This document shows positions 27,851 to 37,852 of a stretch of DNA of 37,852 nt, in pieces. The DNA is from a virus (Duplodnaviria; Heunggongvirae; Uroviricota; Caudoviricetes). The stretch lies in the IMG/VR virus record IMGVR_UViG_2531839583_000010; one strand, written 5' to 3'. The translations under genes were made by a program, and so were the position numbers. Each line of letters begins with the position of its first letter. Positions within the stretch are counted from its first letter, which is position 1. The notes under the pieces are model-generated. The model did no database searches and was not told the DNA's origin. It was given only the letters and a program-made list of their open reading frames with translations.

Positions 27851-29023
27851 ATGGCTCAGGATTACCACCACGGAGTGCGCGTTGTTGAAGTCAACGAAGG
27901 CACTCGATCCATTACCACGGTGAGCACCGCCATCGTGGGCATGGTCTGCACGGGCGATGATGCCGATGCAAAAATGTTCCCTCTTAATAAACCCGTGCTG
28001 ATCACTGATGTGCTTACTGCCAGCGGTAAGGCGGGTGAATCCGGTACGCTGGCCCGTTCGCTGGATGCCATCGCTGACCAGGCAAAACCCGTGACCGTTG
28101 TTGTGCGTGTGCCGCAGGGTGAAACGGAAGAAGAAACCACGACCAATATCATCGGCGCAGTGACTGCTGAAGGTAAAAAAACTGGTATGAAAGCCCTGTT
28201 ATCTGCCCAGTCACAGCTCGGTGTTAAACCGCGCATTCTCGGCGTGCCGGGGCACGATAATAAAGCCGTTGCTACTGAGTTGCTGGGCGTGGCGCAAAGC
28301 CTGCGTGGGTTTGCTTACCTGTCAGCGTATGGCTGCAAGACGGTGCAGGAGGCGATCACTTACCGTGAAAACTTCAGTCAGCGTGAAGGGATGCTGATTT
28401 GGCCTGACTTTACTGGCTGGGACACGGTGCTGAATGCCGACGCAACGGCATATGCCACCGCCCGTGCGCTTGGTCTGCGTGCCAAAATTGATGAGCAGAC
28501 AGGGTGGCACAAAAGCCTGTCCAACGTGGGCGTGAACGGTGTCACCGGAATTTCTGCTGATGTGTTCTGGGATCTGCAGGACCCGGCAACTGATGCGGGA
28601 CTGCTTAACCAGAACGATGTTACCACACTTATCCGCAAAGACGGCTTTCGCTTCTGGGGTTCCCGCTGCCTGAGTGATGACCCACTCTTTGCCTTCGAAA
28701 ACTACACCCGCACGGCGCAGGTGCTGATGGACACGATGGCAGAAGCGCCAATGTGGGCGGTCGACAAACCGCTGAATCCGTCGCTGGCCCGCGACATTAT
28801 CGAAGGTATCCGCGCCAAAATGCGCAGCCTGATCAGTCAGGGCTATCTCATTGGTGGCGATTGCTGGCTGGATGAGTCGGTGAACGACAAAGACACTCTG
28901 AAAGCTGGAAAACTCACCATCGACTACGACTACACACCAGTGCCGCCACTTGAAAACCTGATGCTGCGTCAGCGCATCACCGATCAGTACCTGGTGAATT
29001 TCTCCAGCCAGGTCAGCGCGTAA
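27851..29023 (+). CDS. FI: Tail sheath protein (P2 gpFI-like)
   Basis: 390 aa (P2 FI is 396 aa); GGAGG Shine-Dalgarno; synteny. Confidence 0.9.
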   Translation: MAQDYHHGVRVVEVNEGTRSITTVSTAIVGMVCTGDDADAKMFPLNKPVLITDVLTASGKAGESGTLARSLDAIADQAKPVTVVVRVPQGETEEETTTNIIGAVTAEGKKTGMKALLSAQSQLGVKPRILGVPGHDNKAVATELLGVAQSLRGFAYLSAYGCKTVQEAITYRENFSQREGMLIWPDFTGWDTVLNADATAYATARALGLRAKIDEQTGWHKSLSNVGVNGVTGISADVFWDLQDPATDAGLLNQNDVTTLIRKDGFRFWGSRCLSDDPLFAFENYTRTAQVLMDTMAEAPMWAVDKPLNPSLARDIIEGIRAKMRSLISQGYLIGGDCWLDESVNDKDTLKAGKLTIDYDYTPVPPLENLMLRQRITDQYLVNFSSQVSA

Positions 29024-29032
29024 GGGGACAAC

Positions 29033-29548
29033 ATGGCTTTACCACGCAAATTAAAACACCTGAACCTGTTTAACGACGGGAACAACTGGCAGGGGATCGT
29101 TGAGTCGCTGACGCTGCCGAAATTCACCCGCAAATATGAGAAGTATCGCGGTGGCGGAATGCCGGGTGCAGTGGATGTGGATCTGGGGCTGGATGATAGT
29201 GCGCTGGACACAGAATTTTCCATTGGTGGTACTGAACTGCTGCTGTTTAAGCAGATGGGCAAAGCCACGGTGGATGGTATCCAGTTGCGCTTTACCGGCT
29301 CTATTCAGCGTGACGATACCGGGGAAGTGCAGGCCGTGGAGCTTGTGGTGCGTGGACGTCACAAAGAAGTGGATTCCGGCGAGTGGAAGACGGGCGAAAG
29401 CAACACCACCAAAGTGACCAGTACCAACAGCTACGCGAAGCTGACCATCAATGGTGAGGTGCTCTATGAAGTGGACCTTATCAACATGGTGGAAATTGTG
29501 GACGGTGTGGACCTGATGGAAGCGCACCGCAACGCCCTCGGCCTCTGA
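29033..29548 (+). CDS. FII: Tail tube protein (P2 gpFII-like)
   Basis: 171 aa; synteny. Confidence 0.9.
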   Translation: MALPRKLKHLNLFNDGNNWQGIVESLTLPKFTRKYEKYRGGGMPGAVDVDLGLDDSALDTEFSIGGTELLLFKQMGKATVDGIQLRFTGSIQRDDTGEVQAVELVVRGRHKEVDSGEWKTGESNTTKVTSTNSYAKLTINGEVLYEVDLINMVEIVDGVDLMEAHRNALGL

Positions 29549-29602
29549 TATATCTGAACGGCGCGGGATACCGCGCCAGAACCCAATTTACAGGACAGCA
29601 TA

Positions 29603-29905
29603 ATGAGCGATAAGCAGACTGAAAAGACCATTCAACTGGATACCCCCATCAAGCGCGGTAAAACAGAAATCACCGAAATTGTGCTGCGTAAACCGCAGTC
29701 CGGTGCGCTGCGCGGTACACGCCTGCAGGCCATTATGGATATGGATGTAAACGCGATGATGACCGTGATCCCCCGCATCTCCAGTCCGGCACTGACTGCA
29801 CAGGAAATTGCAGAGATGGACCCGGCAGATCTCACTGCCATGTCGGTTGAGGTTGTCACTTTTTTGTTGAAGAAGTCGGTGCTTGCAGGTTTACCGACAG
29901 CCTGA
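29603..29905 (+). CDS. E: Tail assembly chaperone E (P2 gpE-like)
   Basis: 100 aa upstream of the tape measure; contains the slippery site T_TTT_TTG at 29860-29866. Confidence 0.8.
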   Translation: MSDKQTEKTIQLDTPIKRGKTEITEIVLRKPQSGALRGTRLQAIMDMDVNAMMTVIPRISSPALTAQEIAEMDPADLTAMSVEVVTFLLKKSVLAGLPTA

Positions 29906-30035
29906 CGGTTGATGATCTGGTGGCAGATATCGCCACCATTTTTCACTGGCCGCCATCCGTTACTGACGTTATGCCGCTGACCGAAGTGCTGGAATGGCGG
30001 TATAAAGCGATTCAGAGATGCGGGGCCAACGATGA
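29603..30035 (+). CDS. E': E+E' programmed -1 frameshift product (tail assembly chaperone, long form)
   Basis: Slippery heptamer TTTTTTG in the zero-frame codons TTT TTG; the -1 frame is open from there to TGA 30033-30035, overlapping the T start. Confidence 0.6.
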
Positions 30036-33000
30036 GTGATAACAACCTGCGCCTGCAGGTCATTCTTAATGCGGTTGACAAACTCACCCGCCCATTCCGT
30101 GCTGCACAGGCCAGTTCGAAAGAGCTGGCTGGCGCAATCAGAAACTCCCGTGACGCATTAAAGCAACTCAATCAGGCGGGTAACAGCCTGGAAAAATTTC
30201 GCAAGCTGCAGGCTGATAACAAGAAGTTAGGCGACAGGCTGAACTATGCCAGACAGAAGGCTAATTTGCTTAGCTCTGAGTTGGAGGCGATGGCGCAACC
30301 ATCACAAAGGCATCTTGTGGCTTTAGGTCGGCAAACGCTGGCAGTCCAACGCCTGGAAGAACAACAAAAATATTTGCAGAAGCAAACGGCGCTTGTGCGT
30401 GCTGAACTGTACCGGGCGGGAATTTCTGCGAAAGATGATGCGGGAGCAACTGCCCGTTTAGCCCGTGAAACATCACGTTATAACCAGGAACTTTCGAAAC
30501 AGGAGGCGCGGCTGAAGCGGCTGGGGGAAGCTCAGCGCAGGATGAATGCAGCGCGTGCCAGTTATGCCCGTTCGCTGGAGGTGCGTGATCGTATTGCAGG
30601 TGCCGGAGCCACCACCACGGCTGCAGGGCTGGCAATGGGCGCACCAGTGATGGCGGCAGTAAAAAGCTATACCAGCATGGAAGATGCCATGAAAGGTGTG
30701 GCAAAGCAGGTCAATGGTCTGCGTGACGATAATGGCAACCGCACTGCACGTTTTTATGAAATGCAGGATGCCATCAAGGCTGCCAGCGAACAGTTGCCGA
30801 TGGAAAACGGTGCGGTGGATTTCGCTGCACTGGTTGAAGGTGGGGCGCGCATGAACGTCGCAAACCCTGACGACAGCTGGGAGGACCAGAAACGTGACCT
30901 GCTGGCCTTCGCCAGTACGGCAGCAAAGGCGGCAACAGCCTTTGAGCTGCCAGCGGATGAACTGTCAGAAAGTCTGGGGAAAATCGCCCAGCTCTACAAA
31001 ATTCCTACCCGCAATATTGAACAGCTCGGTGATGCGCTGAACTATCTGGATGATAACGCCATGTCGAAAGGGGCAGACATCATTGATGTCATGCAACGCC
31101 TGGGCGGTGTGGCTGATCGTCTGGATTATCGTAAAGCGGCGGCGCTGGGTTCCACCTTTCTGACACTGGGCGCTGCGCCAGAGGTTGCAGCCAGTGCAGC
31201 AAACGCGATGGTGCGTGAATTGTCCATTGCCACCATGCAAAGCAAGAGTTTCTTTGAAGGGATGAATCTGCTGAAACTCAATCCTGAAGTGATTGAAAAG
31301 CAGATGACGAAGGATGCGATGGGAACTATCCAGCGCGTACTGGAGAAGGTGAACGCACTGCCGCAGGATAAACGTCTGTCTGCCATGACCATGTTGTTTG
31401 GTAAAGAGTTTGGCGATGACGCGGCGAAACTGGCAAACAACCTGCCGGAACTGCAGCGCCAGCTAAAACTGACAGCGGGCAATGATGCGCTCGGCTCCAT
31501 GCAGAAAGAATCCGACATTAACAAGGACTCACTTTCTGCGCAGTGGTTGCTGGTCAAAACCGGAGCGCAGAACACCTTCAGCAGCCTGGGCGAAACGCTG
31601 CGCCAGCCGCTGATGGATATTCTGTACACGGTGAAAAGCATCACGGGGGCGTTGCGCCGCTGGGTGGAAGCTAACCCGGAACTGACAGGCACACTGATGA
31701 AAGTAGCCGCTGTGGTGGCTGCGGTTACCGTAGGCCTCGGAACCTTAGCGGTGGCGCTGGCTGCAGTGCTGGGGCCGCTGGCAGTGATTCGTCTGGGATT
31801 CTCTGTGCTGGGTATCAAAACGTTACCTTCCGTTACGGCAGCAGTAACCCGAACCAGCAGCGCGTTGTCCTGGCTGGCTGGCGCACCACTGGCACTGCTG
31901 CGACGCGGGCTTGCTTCATCGGGCAACGCCGCAGGTTTACTTACTGCGCCGTTGTCGTCTTTGCGCCGCACGGCATTACTGACGGGAAATGTCCTGAAAA
32001 CTGTAGCAGGTGCGCCGGTTGCACTTTTGCGGTCTGGATTATCCGGTTTACGTGCTGTTGCTGTGATGTTTATGAATCCTCTGGCGGTACTGCGCGGTGG
32101 ACTGGCCGCCGCAGGCACGGTGCTGCGAGTACTGGCATCTGGTCCACTGGCGATGCTGCGCGTTGCCCTGTATGCCGTATCTGGTCTGTTAGGTGCTCTG
32201 CTCAGTCCGATAGGTCTTGTGGTTACTGCACTGGCGGGCGTGGCGCTGGTTGTCTGGAAATACTGGCAACCCATCACCGCATTTCTTGGTGGCGTGGTGG
32301 AGGGATTCAAAGCGGCGGCAGGTCCCGTCAGTGAAGCATTCGAACCGCTTAAGCCCGTGTTCCAGTGGATTGGCGACAAAGTACAGGCGCTGTGGGGCTG
32401 GTTTACTGATCTGCTGACGCCCGTTAAGTCGACCTCTGCCGAACTGCAGAGTGCAGCGGCAATGGGGCGACGATTCGGGGAGGCACTGGCGGAAGGGCTA
32501 AATATGGTCATGCATCCGCTGGACTCCCTGAAATCCGGCGTTTCCTGGTTGCTGGAGAAGCTCGGCATTGTCAGTAAAGAGGTCGCAAAGGCAAAACTGC
32601 CGGAAAGCGTGACGCGTCAGCAACCTGCGACGGTGAATGCAGACGGTAAAGTGATGATGCCATCGGGTGGTTTTCCATCATGGGGATATGGCTTTGCGGG
32701 GATGTATGACAGCGGCGGGTATATCACGCGCGGGCAGTTTGGCATCGTCGGTGAAAACGGGCCGGAAATTGTTAACGGCCCGGCAAATGTGACCAGCCGG
32801 AGAAATACAGCTGCACTGGCTGCCGTTGTTACCGGAATGATGGGAGTTGCTGCCGCGCCAGCAGAGCTTCCACCGTTGCACCCTTTGGCACTTCCCGCGA
32901 AAGGTGGAGAAGCAATTGTGAGTCGCACAGCCACTGTGCCGCCCGTTTACAGGATTGAGGCACCGACGCAGATCATCATCCAGACGCAGCCAGGACAAAG

Positions 33001-33109
33001 TGCGCAGGATATTGCGCGGGAGGTGGCCCGCCAGCTTGATGAACGTGAACGCAGGCTGAAGGCAAAGGCCAGGAGTAACTACAGCGATCAGGGGGGATAC
33101 GACGCATGA
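30032..33109 (+). CDS. T: Tail tape measure protein (P2 gpT-like)
   Basis: 1025 aa; coiled-coil N-half and hydrophobic Ala/Leu-rich central region; synteny. Confidence 0.9.
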   Translation: MSDNNLRLQVILNAVDKLTRPFRAAQASSKELAGAIRNSRDALKQLNQAGNSLEKFRKLQADNKKLGDRLNYARQKANLLSSELEAMAQPSQRHLVALGRQTLAVQRLEEQQKYLQKQTALVRAELYRAGISAKDDAGATARLARETSRYNQELSKQEARLKRLGEAQRRMNAARASYARSLEVRDRIAGAGATTTAAGLAMGAPVMAAVKSYTSMEDAMKGVAKQVNGLRDDNGNRTARFYEMQDAIKAASEQLPMENGAVDFAALVEGGARMNVANPDDSWEDQKRDLLAFASTAAKAATAFELPADELSESLGKIAQLYKIPTRNIEQLGDALNYLDDNAMSKGADIIDVMQRLGGVADRLDYRKAAALGSTFLTLGAAPEVAASAANAMVRELSIATMQSKSFFEGMNLLKLNPEVIEKQMTKDAMGTIQRVLEKVNALPQDKRLSAMTMLFGKEFGDDAAKLANNLPELQRQLKLTAGNDALGSMQKESDINKDSLSAQWLLVKTGAQNTFSSLGETLRQPLMDILYTVKSITGALRRWVEANPELTGTLMKVAAVVAAVTVGLGTLAVALAAVLGPLAVIRLGFSVLGIKTLPSVTAAVTRTSSALSWLAGAPLALLRRGLASSGNAAGLLTAPLSSLRRTALLTGNVLKTVAGAPVALLRSGLSGLRAVAVMFMNPLAVLRGGLAAAGTVLRVLASGPLAMLRVALYAVSGLLGALLSPIGLVVTALAGVALVVWKYWQPITAFLGGVVEGFKAAAGPVSEAFEPLKPVFQWIGDKVQALWGWFTDLLTPVKSTSAELQSAAAMGRRFGEALAEGLNMVMHPLDSLKSGVSWLLEKLGIVSKEVAKAKLPESVTRQQPATVNADGKVMMPSGGFPSWGYGFAGMYDSGGYITRGQFGIVGENGPEIVNGPANVTSRRNTAALAAVVTGMMGVAAAPAELPPLHPLALPAKGGEAIVSRTATVPPVYRIEAPTQIIIQTQPGQSAQDIAREVARQLDERERRLKAKARSNYSDQGGYDA

Positions 33110-33591
33110 TGATGGTGCTGGGATTGTACGTGTTTATGCTGCGCACCGTGCCGTATCAGGAACTGCAGTATCAGCGCAGCTGGCGACATGCGGCTAACAG
33201 CCGGGTAAATCGTCGTCCGTCCACGCAGTTTCTGGGACCGGACAACGACATGCTGACGCTTTCCGGTGTTCTTATGCCGGAGATAACAGGCGGCAGGCTG
33301 TCGTTGCTGGCACTGGAGCAGATGGCAGAACAGGGGAAAGCATGGCCTCTGATTGAAGGCAGCGGCACGATTTACGGCATGTATGTGATTGAGGGACTGA
33401 ATCAGACTAAAACGGAGGTTTTCCGCGACGGTATGCCGCGCCGGATTGAGTTCACCCTGTCGCTCAAACGGGTGGATGAATCCCTGTCCGATATGTTCGG
33501 TGATCTCAGTGCGCAGCTGAATAATCTGCAGGGAACGGCAACATCAGCCTTAAGCGATATCAGTAAAACGGTGGGAGGGCTTCTGTCGTGA
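33106..33591 (+). CDS. U: Tail protein U (P2 gpU-like)
   Basis: 161 aa; synteny. Confidence 0.85.
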   Translation: MMMVLGLYVFMLRTVPYQELQYQRSWRHAANSRVNRRPSTQFLGPDNDMLTLSGVLMPEITGGRLSLLALEQMAEQGKAWPLIEGSGTIYGMYVIEGLNQTKTEVFRDGMPRRIEFTLSLKRVDESLSDMFGDLSAQLNNLQGTATSALSDISKTVGGLLS

Positions 33592-34688
33592 ATTTCAGCT
33601 CTGAACTGCTTAACAAAGGCAACAAAACTCCGGCATTCAGCATCAGTATTGAAGGCAGGGATATCACCACTGTGCTGGACAACCGCCTGATGGGGCTGAC
33701 GCTGACGGATAACCGGGGATTTGAAGCGGACCAGCTTGATCTGGAGCTGGACGACGCCGATGGAAAAATCGTGCTGCCGCGCCGTGGTGCGGTCATTACG
33801 CTGGCGCTGGGCTGGAAGGGGCAGCCGCTTTTCCCGAAAGGGGCATTCACGGTGGACGAGATTGAACACACTGGCGCACCGGACCGCCTGACTATCCGGG
33901 CGCGAAGTGCTGATTTTAGGGAAACGCTGAATACCCGCCGTGAAAAATCGTGGCACAAGACCACTGTCGGGGAACTGGTGAAGGAAATAGCCGCGCGTCA
34001 TAAGCTGAAGATGGCACTGGGTAAAGACCTGTCGGATAAGCCCGTGGAGCATATAGACCAGACTAATGAGAGTGACGGCAGTTTTCTGATGCGGCTGGCG
34101 CGACAGTACGGTGCCATCGCGTCGGTGAAAAATGGCAATCTGCTATTCATCCGGCAGGGGCAGGGCAAAAGCGCCACTGGTAAACCACTGCCAGTGATCA
34201 CTATCACACGCAAGGACGGCGACAGTCACCGCTTTACCCTGGCAGATCGCGGAGCCTACACGGGCGTAATTGCCAGCTGGTTGCATACCCGCGAACCTGC
34301 GAAGAAAGAAAGCACCACGGTGAAGCGTAAGCGCAGAACTAAGAAGCAGAAGAAAGAGCCAGAAGCGAAGCAGGGCGATTACCTGGTGGGTACGGATGAA
34401 AACGTGCTGGTACTTAATCGCACTTATGCCAACCGGAGCAACGCCGAACGAGCGGCGAAAATGCAGTGGGAACGCCTGCAACGCGGCGTTGCATCATTCT
34501 CGCTACAACTGGCGGAAGGGCGGGCAGATCTCTACACGGAAATGCCAGTGAAAGTCAGTGGCTTTAAACAGCCGATAGATGATGCGGAATGGACCATTAC
34601 GACTCTGACGCATACCGTCAGCCCGGATAACGGTTTTACGACCAGTCTGGAGCTTGAACTGAGGATTGATGATTTCGAAATGGAATGA
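33588..34688 (+). CDS. D: Tail protein D (P2 gpD-like)
   Basis: 366 aa; synteny. Confidence 0.85.
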   Translation: MNFSSELLNKGNKTPAFSISIEGRDITTVLDNRLMGLTLTDNRGFEADQLDLELDDADGKIVLPRRGAVITLALGWKGQPLFPKGAFTVDEIEHTGAPDRLTIRARSADFRETLNTRREKSWHKTTVGELVKEIAARHKLKMALGKDLSDKPVEHIDQTNESDGSFLMRLARQYGAIASVKNGNLLFIRQGQGKSATGKPLPVITITRKDGDSHRFTLADRGAYTGVIASWLHTREPAKKESTTVKRKRRTKKQKKEPEAKQGDYLVGTDENVLVLNRTYANRSNAERAAKMQWERLQRGVASFSLQLAEGRADLYTEMPVKVSGFKQPIDDAEWTITTLTHTVSPDNGFTTSLELELRIDDFEME

Positions 34689-34778
34689 TTCTTCGCAATG
34701 GAGAACTTTTAAGTTTGCAAAATGGAATAATGCGGTATCATTATTGTGAATTTAGCAAAAATGGGGAGAACACGAAAA

Positions 34779-34997
34779 ATGATGATTTGCCCACTGTGTG
34801 GAAGTGCCGCCCATACTCGCAGCAGTTTTCAGGTATCTTCATTGACCAAAGAGCGTTACAACCAGTGCCAGAACATTAACTGCAGCCATACTTTTGTTAC
34901 CCATGAAACTTTTGTTCGTTCGATTGCAACGCCAAAAGAGTCAAATCCGGTTCAGCCGCATCCAATGAAATCAGGACAGGTGGCGCTCTCTCTTTGA
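34779..34997 (+). CDS. ogr: Ogr-type zinc-finger late transcription activator
   Basis: MMICPLCGSAAHTRSS...CQNINCSHTF matches the P2 Ogr C-x2-C...C-x4-C zinc-finger pattern; last phage gene before attR. Start could be 34779 or 34782. Confidence 0.85.
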   Translation: MMICPLCGSAAHTRSSFQVSSLTKERYNQCQNINCSHTFVTHETFVRSIATPKESNPVQPHPMKSGQVALSL

Positions 34998-35009
34998 CGC
35001 TGCCGCCAT
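34988..35009. repeat. Putative attR core (cgctgccgccaTtttgtcgcca)
   Basis: Direct repeat of 19-40 with one mismatch; begins within the ogr stop codon. Confidence 0.45.
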
Positions 35010-35232
35010 TTTGTCGCCATCGTTAAAAAACAGTGCTTCTAACATCATGATTTTAAACAGCTTAAATTTCAGGCAACAAAAAACCCATCAACCTTGAACC
35101 GAAATGGCGGGGGTGATGGGCTCCACAAAATGGGGACATCAAAGAAAAGCAGTGGCACTAATTAAGACTGATGCCCTGCGGAAAAGTTCTGCGGTTGTGC
35201 AAAAAAATTTCATTTTCAGGGCAACTTCAGTT

Positions 35233-36918
35233 TTATCCTAATCCTGGCCATACCATGACGATGATTGTCCCTGCCAGCGTCAGCAGGACGTTGGCGATTG
35301 CATAGGTGCCCGCATAGCCCAGCGCCGGGATGTTACTGCGAGCTGTATCACTGATGATCTCCATTGCCGGCGCGCAGGTACGTGCGCCCATCATTGCGCC
35401 GAACAACAGCGCGCGGTTCATTCGCAATACATAAGCACCGAACAAGAAACAGATAACCACGGGCACCAGACTGACAATCAATCCGGCAATCAACATCTGA
35501 CCGCCAATCGCGCCCAGGCCGTTATTAATACCGCTACCGGCGCTCAGACCAACGCCTGCCATAAACACCATCAAGCCGAACTCTTTCACCATGCTTAATG
35601 CACCCTGCGGAATGTAACCGAAGGTCGGGTGGTTAGCACGCATAAAGCCCAGCATAATTCCGGCGAATAACAACCCGGCAGCGTTCCCCATGCCGAAACT
35701 GAATGTGCTGAACTGGAAGGTGATCATCCCGATCATCAGCCCAATAACAAAGAAGGCGCAAAATGCCAGCAGGTCAGTGACCTGGCTGTGAATCGAGATA
35801 AAGCCGATGCGATCGGCGATGGTTTTTACGCGACGGGCATCACCGCTGACTTGTAAAACGTCACCTTTGTTAAGCACGACGTTGTCATCTATCGGCATCT
35901 CAATCTGGCTACGAATGACGCGGTTAAGGAAGCAACCGTGATCGGTCAACTTCAGTTGTGCGAGACGTTTACCTACAGCGTTATGGTTTTTAACGACCAC
36001 TTCTTCAGTGACGATACGCATGTCGAGAAGGTCACGATCGAAAACTTCTTTACCGTTACGGAAGCTGGGATCGAGTCGGGCATGGGCGTCGGGATAGCCT
36101 ACCAACGCTATTTCATCGCCCATTTGTAGCACGGCATCACCGTCTGGATTTGCCAGAATCCCGTTACGTCGAATACGTTCAATGTAGCAGCCGGTTTGTC
36201 GATAAATACCCAGTTCACGCAGATTTTTGCCGTCGGTCCAGGCCACCAGCTCCGGGCCGACGCGATAGGCGCGGATCACCGGTAAATAAACCTTACGGTT
36301 GGCATCAGTGTCCAGGCCACGTTCGCGGGCGATTTGCTGGGCGCTGGTCTGTAAGTCCTGATGCTGCAATTTCGGCAAGTAACGCGCACCAACAATCAAA
36401 CTCACCAGACCGATTAAATAGGTTAAGGCATACCCGAGGCTCAGATTATCCAGTGCCAGTGAGAGCTGCCTGCTTTCCATGCCGGAATGACGCAGTGTAT
36501 CGCCAGCACCGACCAGAACCGGTGTCGACGTCATAGAGCCTGCTAACATACCGGCCGTCAGGCCAATATCCCAGCCAAACAGCTTACCTAACCCTAAGGC
36601 GATCACCAGCGCACTGCCAACCATCACCAGTGCTAACATTAGGTAATTTTTCCCATCGCGAAAAAAAATGGAAAAAAAGTTCGGTCCGGCTTCAACCCCA
36701 ACACAGAAAATAAACAGCATAAAGCCAAGATTAAGCGCATCGGTGTTAATGCTGAAATGTTGTTGGCCTAATAACAGCGATACGACTAAAACGCCAATGG
36801 AATTACCCAGTTGAATCGAACCAAGTCGTAACTTTCCGAGACATAGCCCAAGCGCGAGGACCACAAATAATAACAGAATGTAATTCCCATTTAACAATTC
36901 GGCGACGTTTATATTCAC
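35233..36918 (-). CDS. ybjL: Putative transporter YbjL (AAE-family membrane protein with central TrkA-C-like domains)
   Basis: 561 aa; multi-TM N- and C-halves around a soluble middle; matches recalled E. coli YbjL and the ybjL-ybjM-grxA neighbourhood. Confidence 0.8.
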
Positions 36919-37187
36919 GGAGGCTAACTTCTTGTTTACTAGTAAGCTGTTGAAAGAAATGGTAATTTACGATAATGTTTTTTACCAGAATTCAGGGCGC
37001 AGATTCATTCAGCGCACCTAAACGATAGTAAAGTAACAATATATTTTACTAGTGTAATCACATTAGGTATCAACGGCTATATGAATTGCGTTGGCCTATA
37101 TTAGCATGGAATGCGAAGCGGCTTTATCTTACTGAACGCCACACTGGCGAAAAATGTGTTCGATAGACGCAGTGTCAGGAGGAACGA

Positions 37188-37565
37188 GTGAAACATAAAC
37201 AACGTTGGGCGGGGGCAATCTGCTGTTTTGTCCTCTTCATTGTGGTGTGCCTTTTTCTGGCGACGCACATGAAAGGCGCTTTTCGGGCTGCCGGGCATCC
37301 TGAAATCGGCTTGCTATTTTTCATTCTTCCTGGAGCAGTCGCCAGCTTCTTTTCACAGCGTAGAGAAGTCCTGAAACCTCTGTTTGGCGCAATGCTGGCG
37401 GCACCCTGTTCGATGCTCATTATGCGGCTGTTTTTTTCACCGACGCGCTCATTCTGGCAAGAGCTGGCATGGTTATTAAGTGCGGTGTTCTGGTGTGCGC
37501 TGGGGGCACTGTGTTTCTTATTTATCAGTAGTTTGTTTAAACCACAGCACAGAAAAAATCAGTAA
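37188..37565 (+). CDS. ybjM: Inner membrane protein YbjM
   Basis: 125 aa, four hydrophobic helices; lies between ybjL and grxA as in E. coli. Confidence 0.65.
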   Translation: MKHKQRWAGAICCFVLFIVVCLFLATHMKGAFRAAGHPEIGLLFFILPGAVASFFSQRREVLKPLFGAMLAAPCSMLIMRLFFSPTRSFWQELAWLLSAVFWCALGALCFLFISSLFKPQHRKNQ

Positions 37566-37584
37566 AGCCCTCAACGCGAGGGCT
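37566..37584. terminator. Bidirectional terminator hairpin between convergent ybjM and grxA (agccctc-aacgc-gagggct)
   Basis: 7-bp GC-rich inverted repeat with a 5-nt loop immediately after the ybjM stop. Confidence 0.5.
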
Positions 37585-37594
37585 TGTCAGACGA

Positions 37595-37852
37595 TCAGGC
37601 GTCCAGATTTTCTTTCACCCATGCAGCAAAATCGGTATAGCCGCCGATATGTTGCTGATCGACAAAAATCTGCGGCACGGTTTCTACGGGTTTACCTGCC
37701 TTTTGTTGTAGATCTTCTTTAGTGATCCCTTCCGCACGAATATCTACATAGTGATACTGAAAATCATCGTGTTCATTGCTCAATTTCTCAGCCAGATCTT
37801 TTGCACGCACACAGTAAGGGCAACCCGGACGACCAAAAATAACGGTTTGCAT
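37595..37852 (-). CDS. grxA: Glutaredoxin 1
   Basis: 85 aa, MQTVIFGRPGCPYCVRAKDLAEKL... with CPYC active site; near-identical to recalled E. coli Grx1; starts at the last codon of the window. Confidence 0.9.
   Translation of the reverse strand: MQTVIFGRPGCPYCVRAKDLAEKLSNEHDDFQYHYVDIRAEGITKEDLQQKAGKPVETVPQIFVDQQHIGGYTDFAAWVKENLDA

Larger units (their letters stand above)
19..35009. mobile_element. P2/186-family prophage (myovirus), about 35 kb, between putative attL and attR
   Basis: Complete P2-like gene order from int to ogr on the expected strands; flanked by a 22-bp direct repeat with one mismatch; host genes begin right of 35010. Confidence 0.85.

Noticed and set aside
31126-32568. 480-aa ORF on the minus strand inside the tape measure gene
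   Set aside because: Antisense to a well-supported long gene in GC-rich sequence; its translation is low-complexity (Ala/Ser/Pro/Arg-rich) with no start context, a typical spurious antisense ORF.
34685-34879. 64-aa ORF overlapping the ogr upstream region
   Set aside because: Different frame from the recognisable Ogr zinc-finger protein; no Shine-Dalgarno; likely spurious.
1-37852. tRNA or rRNA genes at the prophage junctions
   Set aside because: P2-family phages often integrate at tRNA genes, but I see no cloverleaf-compatible sequence near either putative att core; the right flank runs directly toward ybjL. This was judged by eye only, with no tRNA scan.

Overview
The window is an almost complete P2/186-family temperate myovirus prophage of about 35 kb, followed by about 2.8 kb of host chromosome that reads as enterobacterial ybjL, ybjM and grxA. 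The prophage appears to be bounded by a 22-bp imperfect direct repeat (19-40 and 34988-35009). Its backbone is syntenic with P2/186: int, a 186-type cI/apl/cII switch, small early genes, a Dam-like methylase, replication protein A, a LexA-boxed DinI-like (tum-type) module, then Q-P / O-N-M-L, lysis genes, baseplate, tail fibre, sheath/tube, E/E' frameshift, tape measure, U, D and ogr. Two AT-rich cargo islands interrupt this backbone and are the main hunting result. The first is a three-gene cassette (1132-3646) inserted inside the lysogenic cI-to-int operon, encoding an ASCH-like protein, a two-domain protein and a C-terminally membrane-anchored protein. The second flanks the putative cos site: a DUF2971-like gene broken by an in-frame TGA (10573-11691) and a 778-aa RloC-like ABC ATPase with a CxxC hook and an R-x4-H motif (11979-14315). 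All annotations rest on reading the translated ORFs and sequence motifs by eye; no database search, GC computation or alignment was run, and homology statements rely on recalled family signatures.
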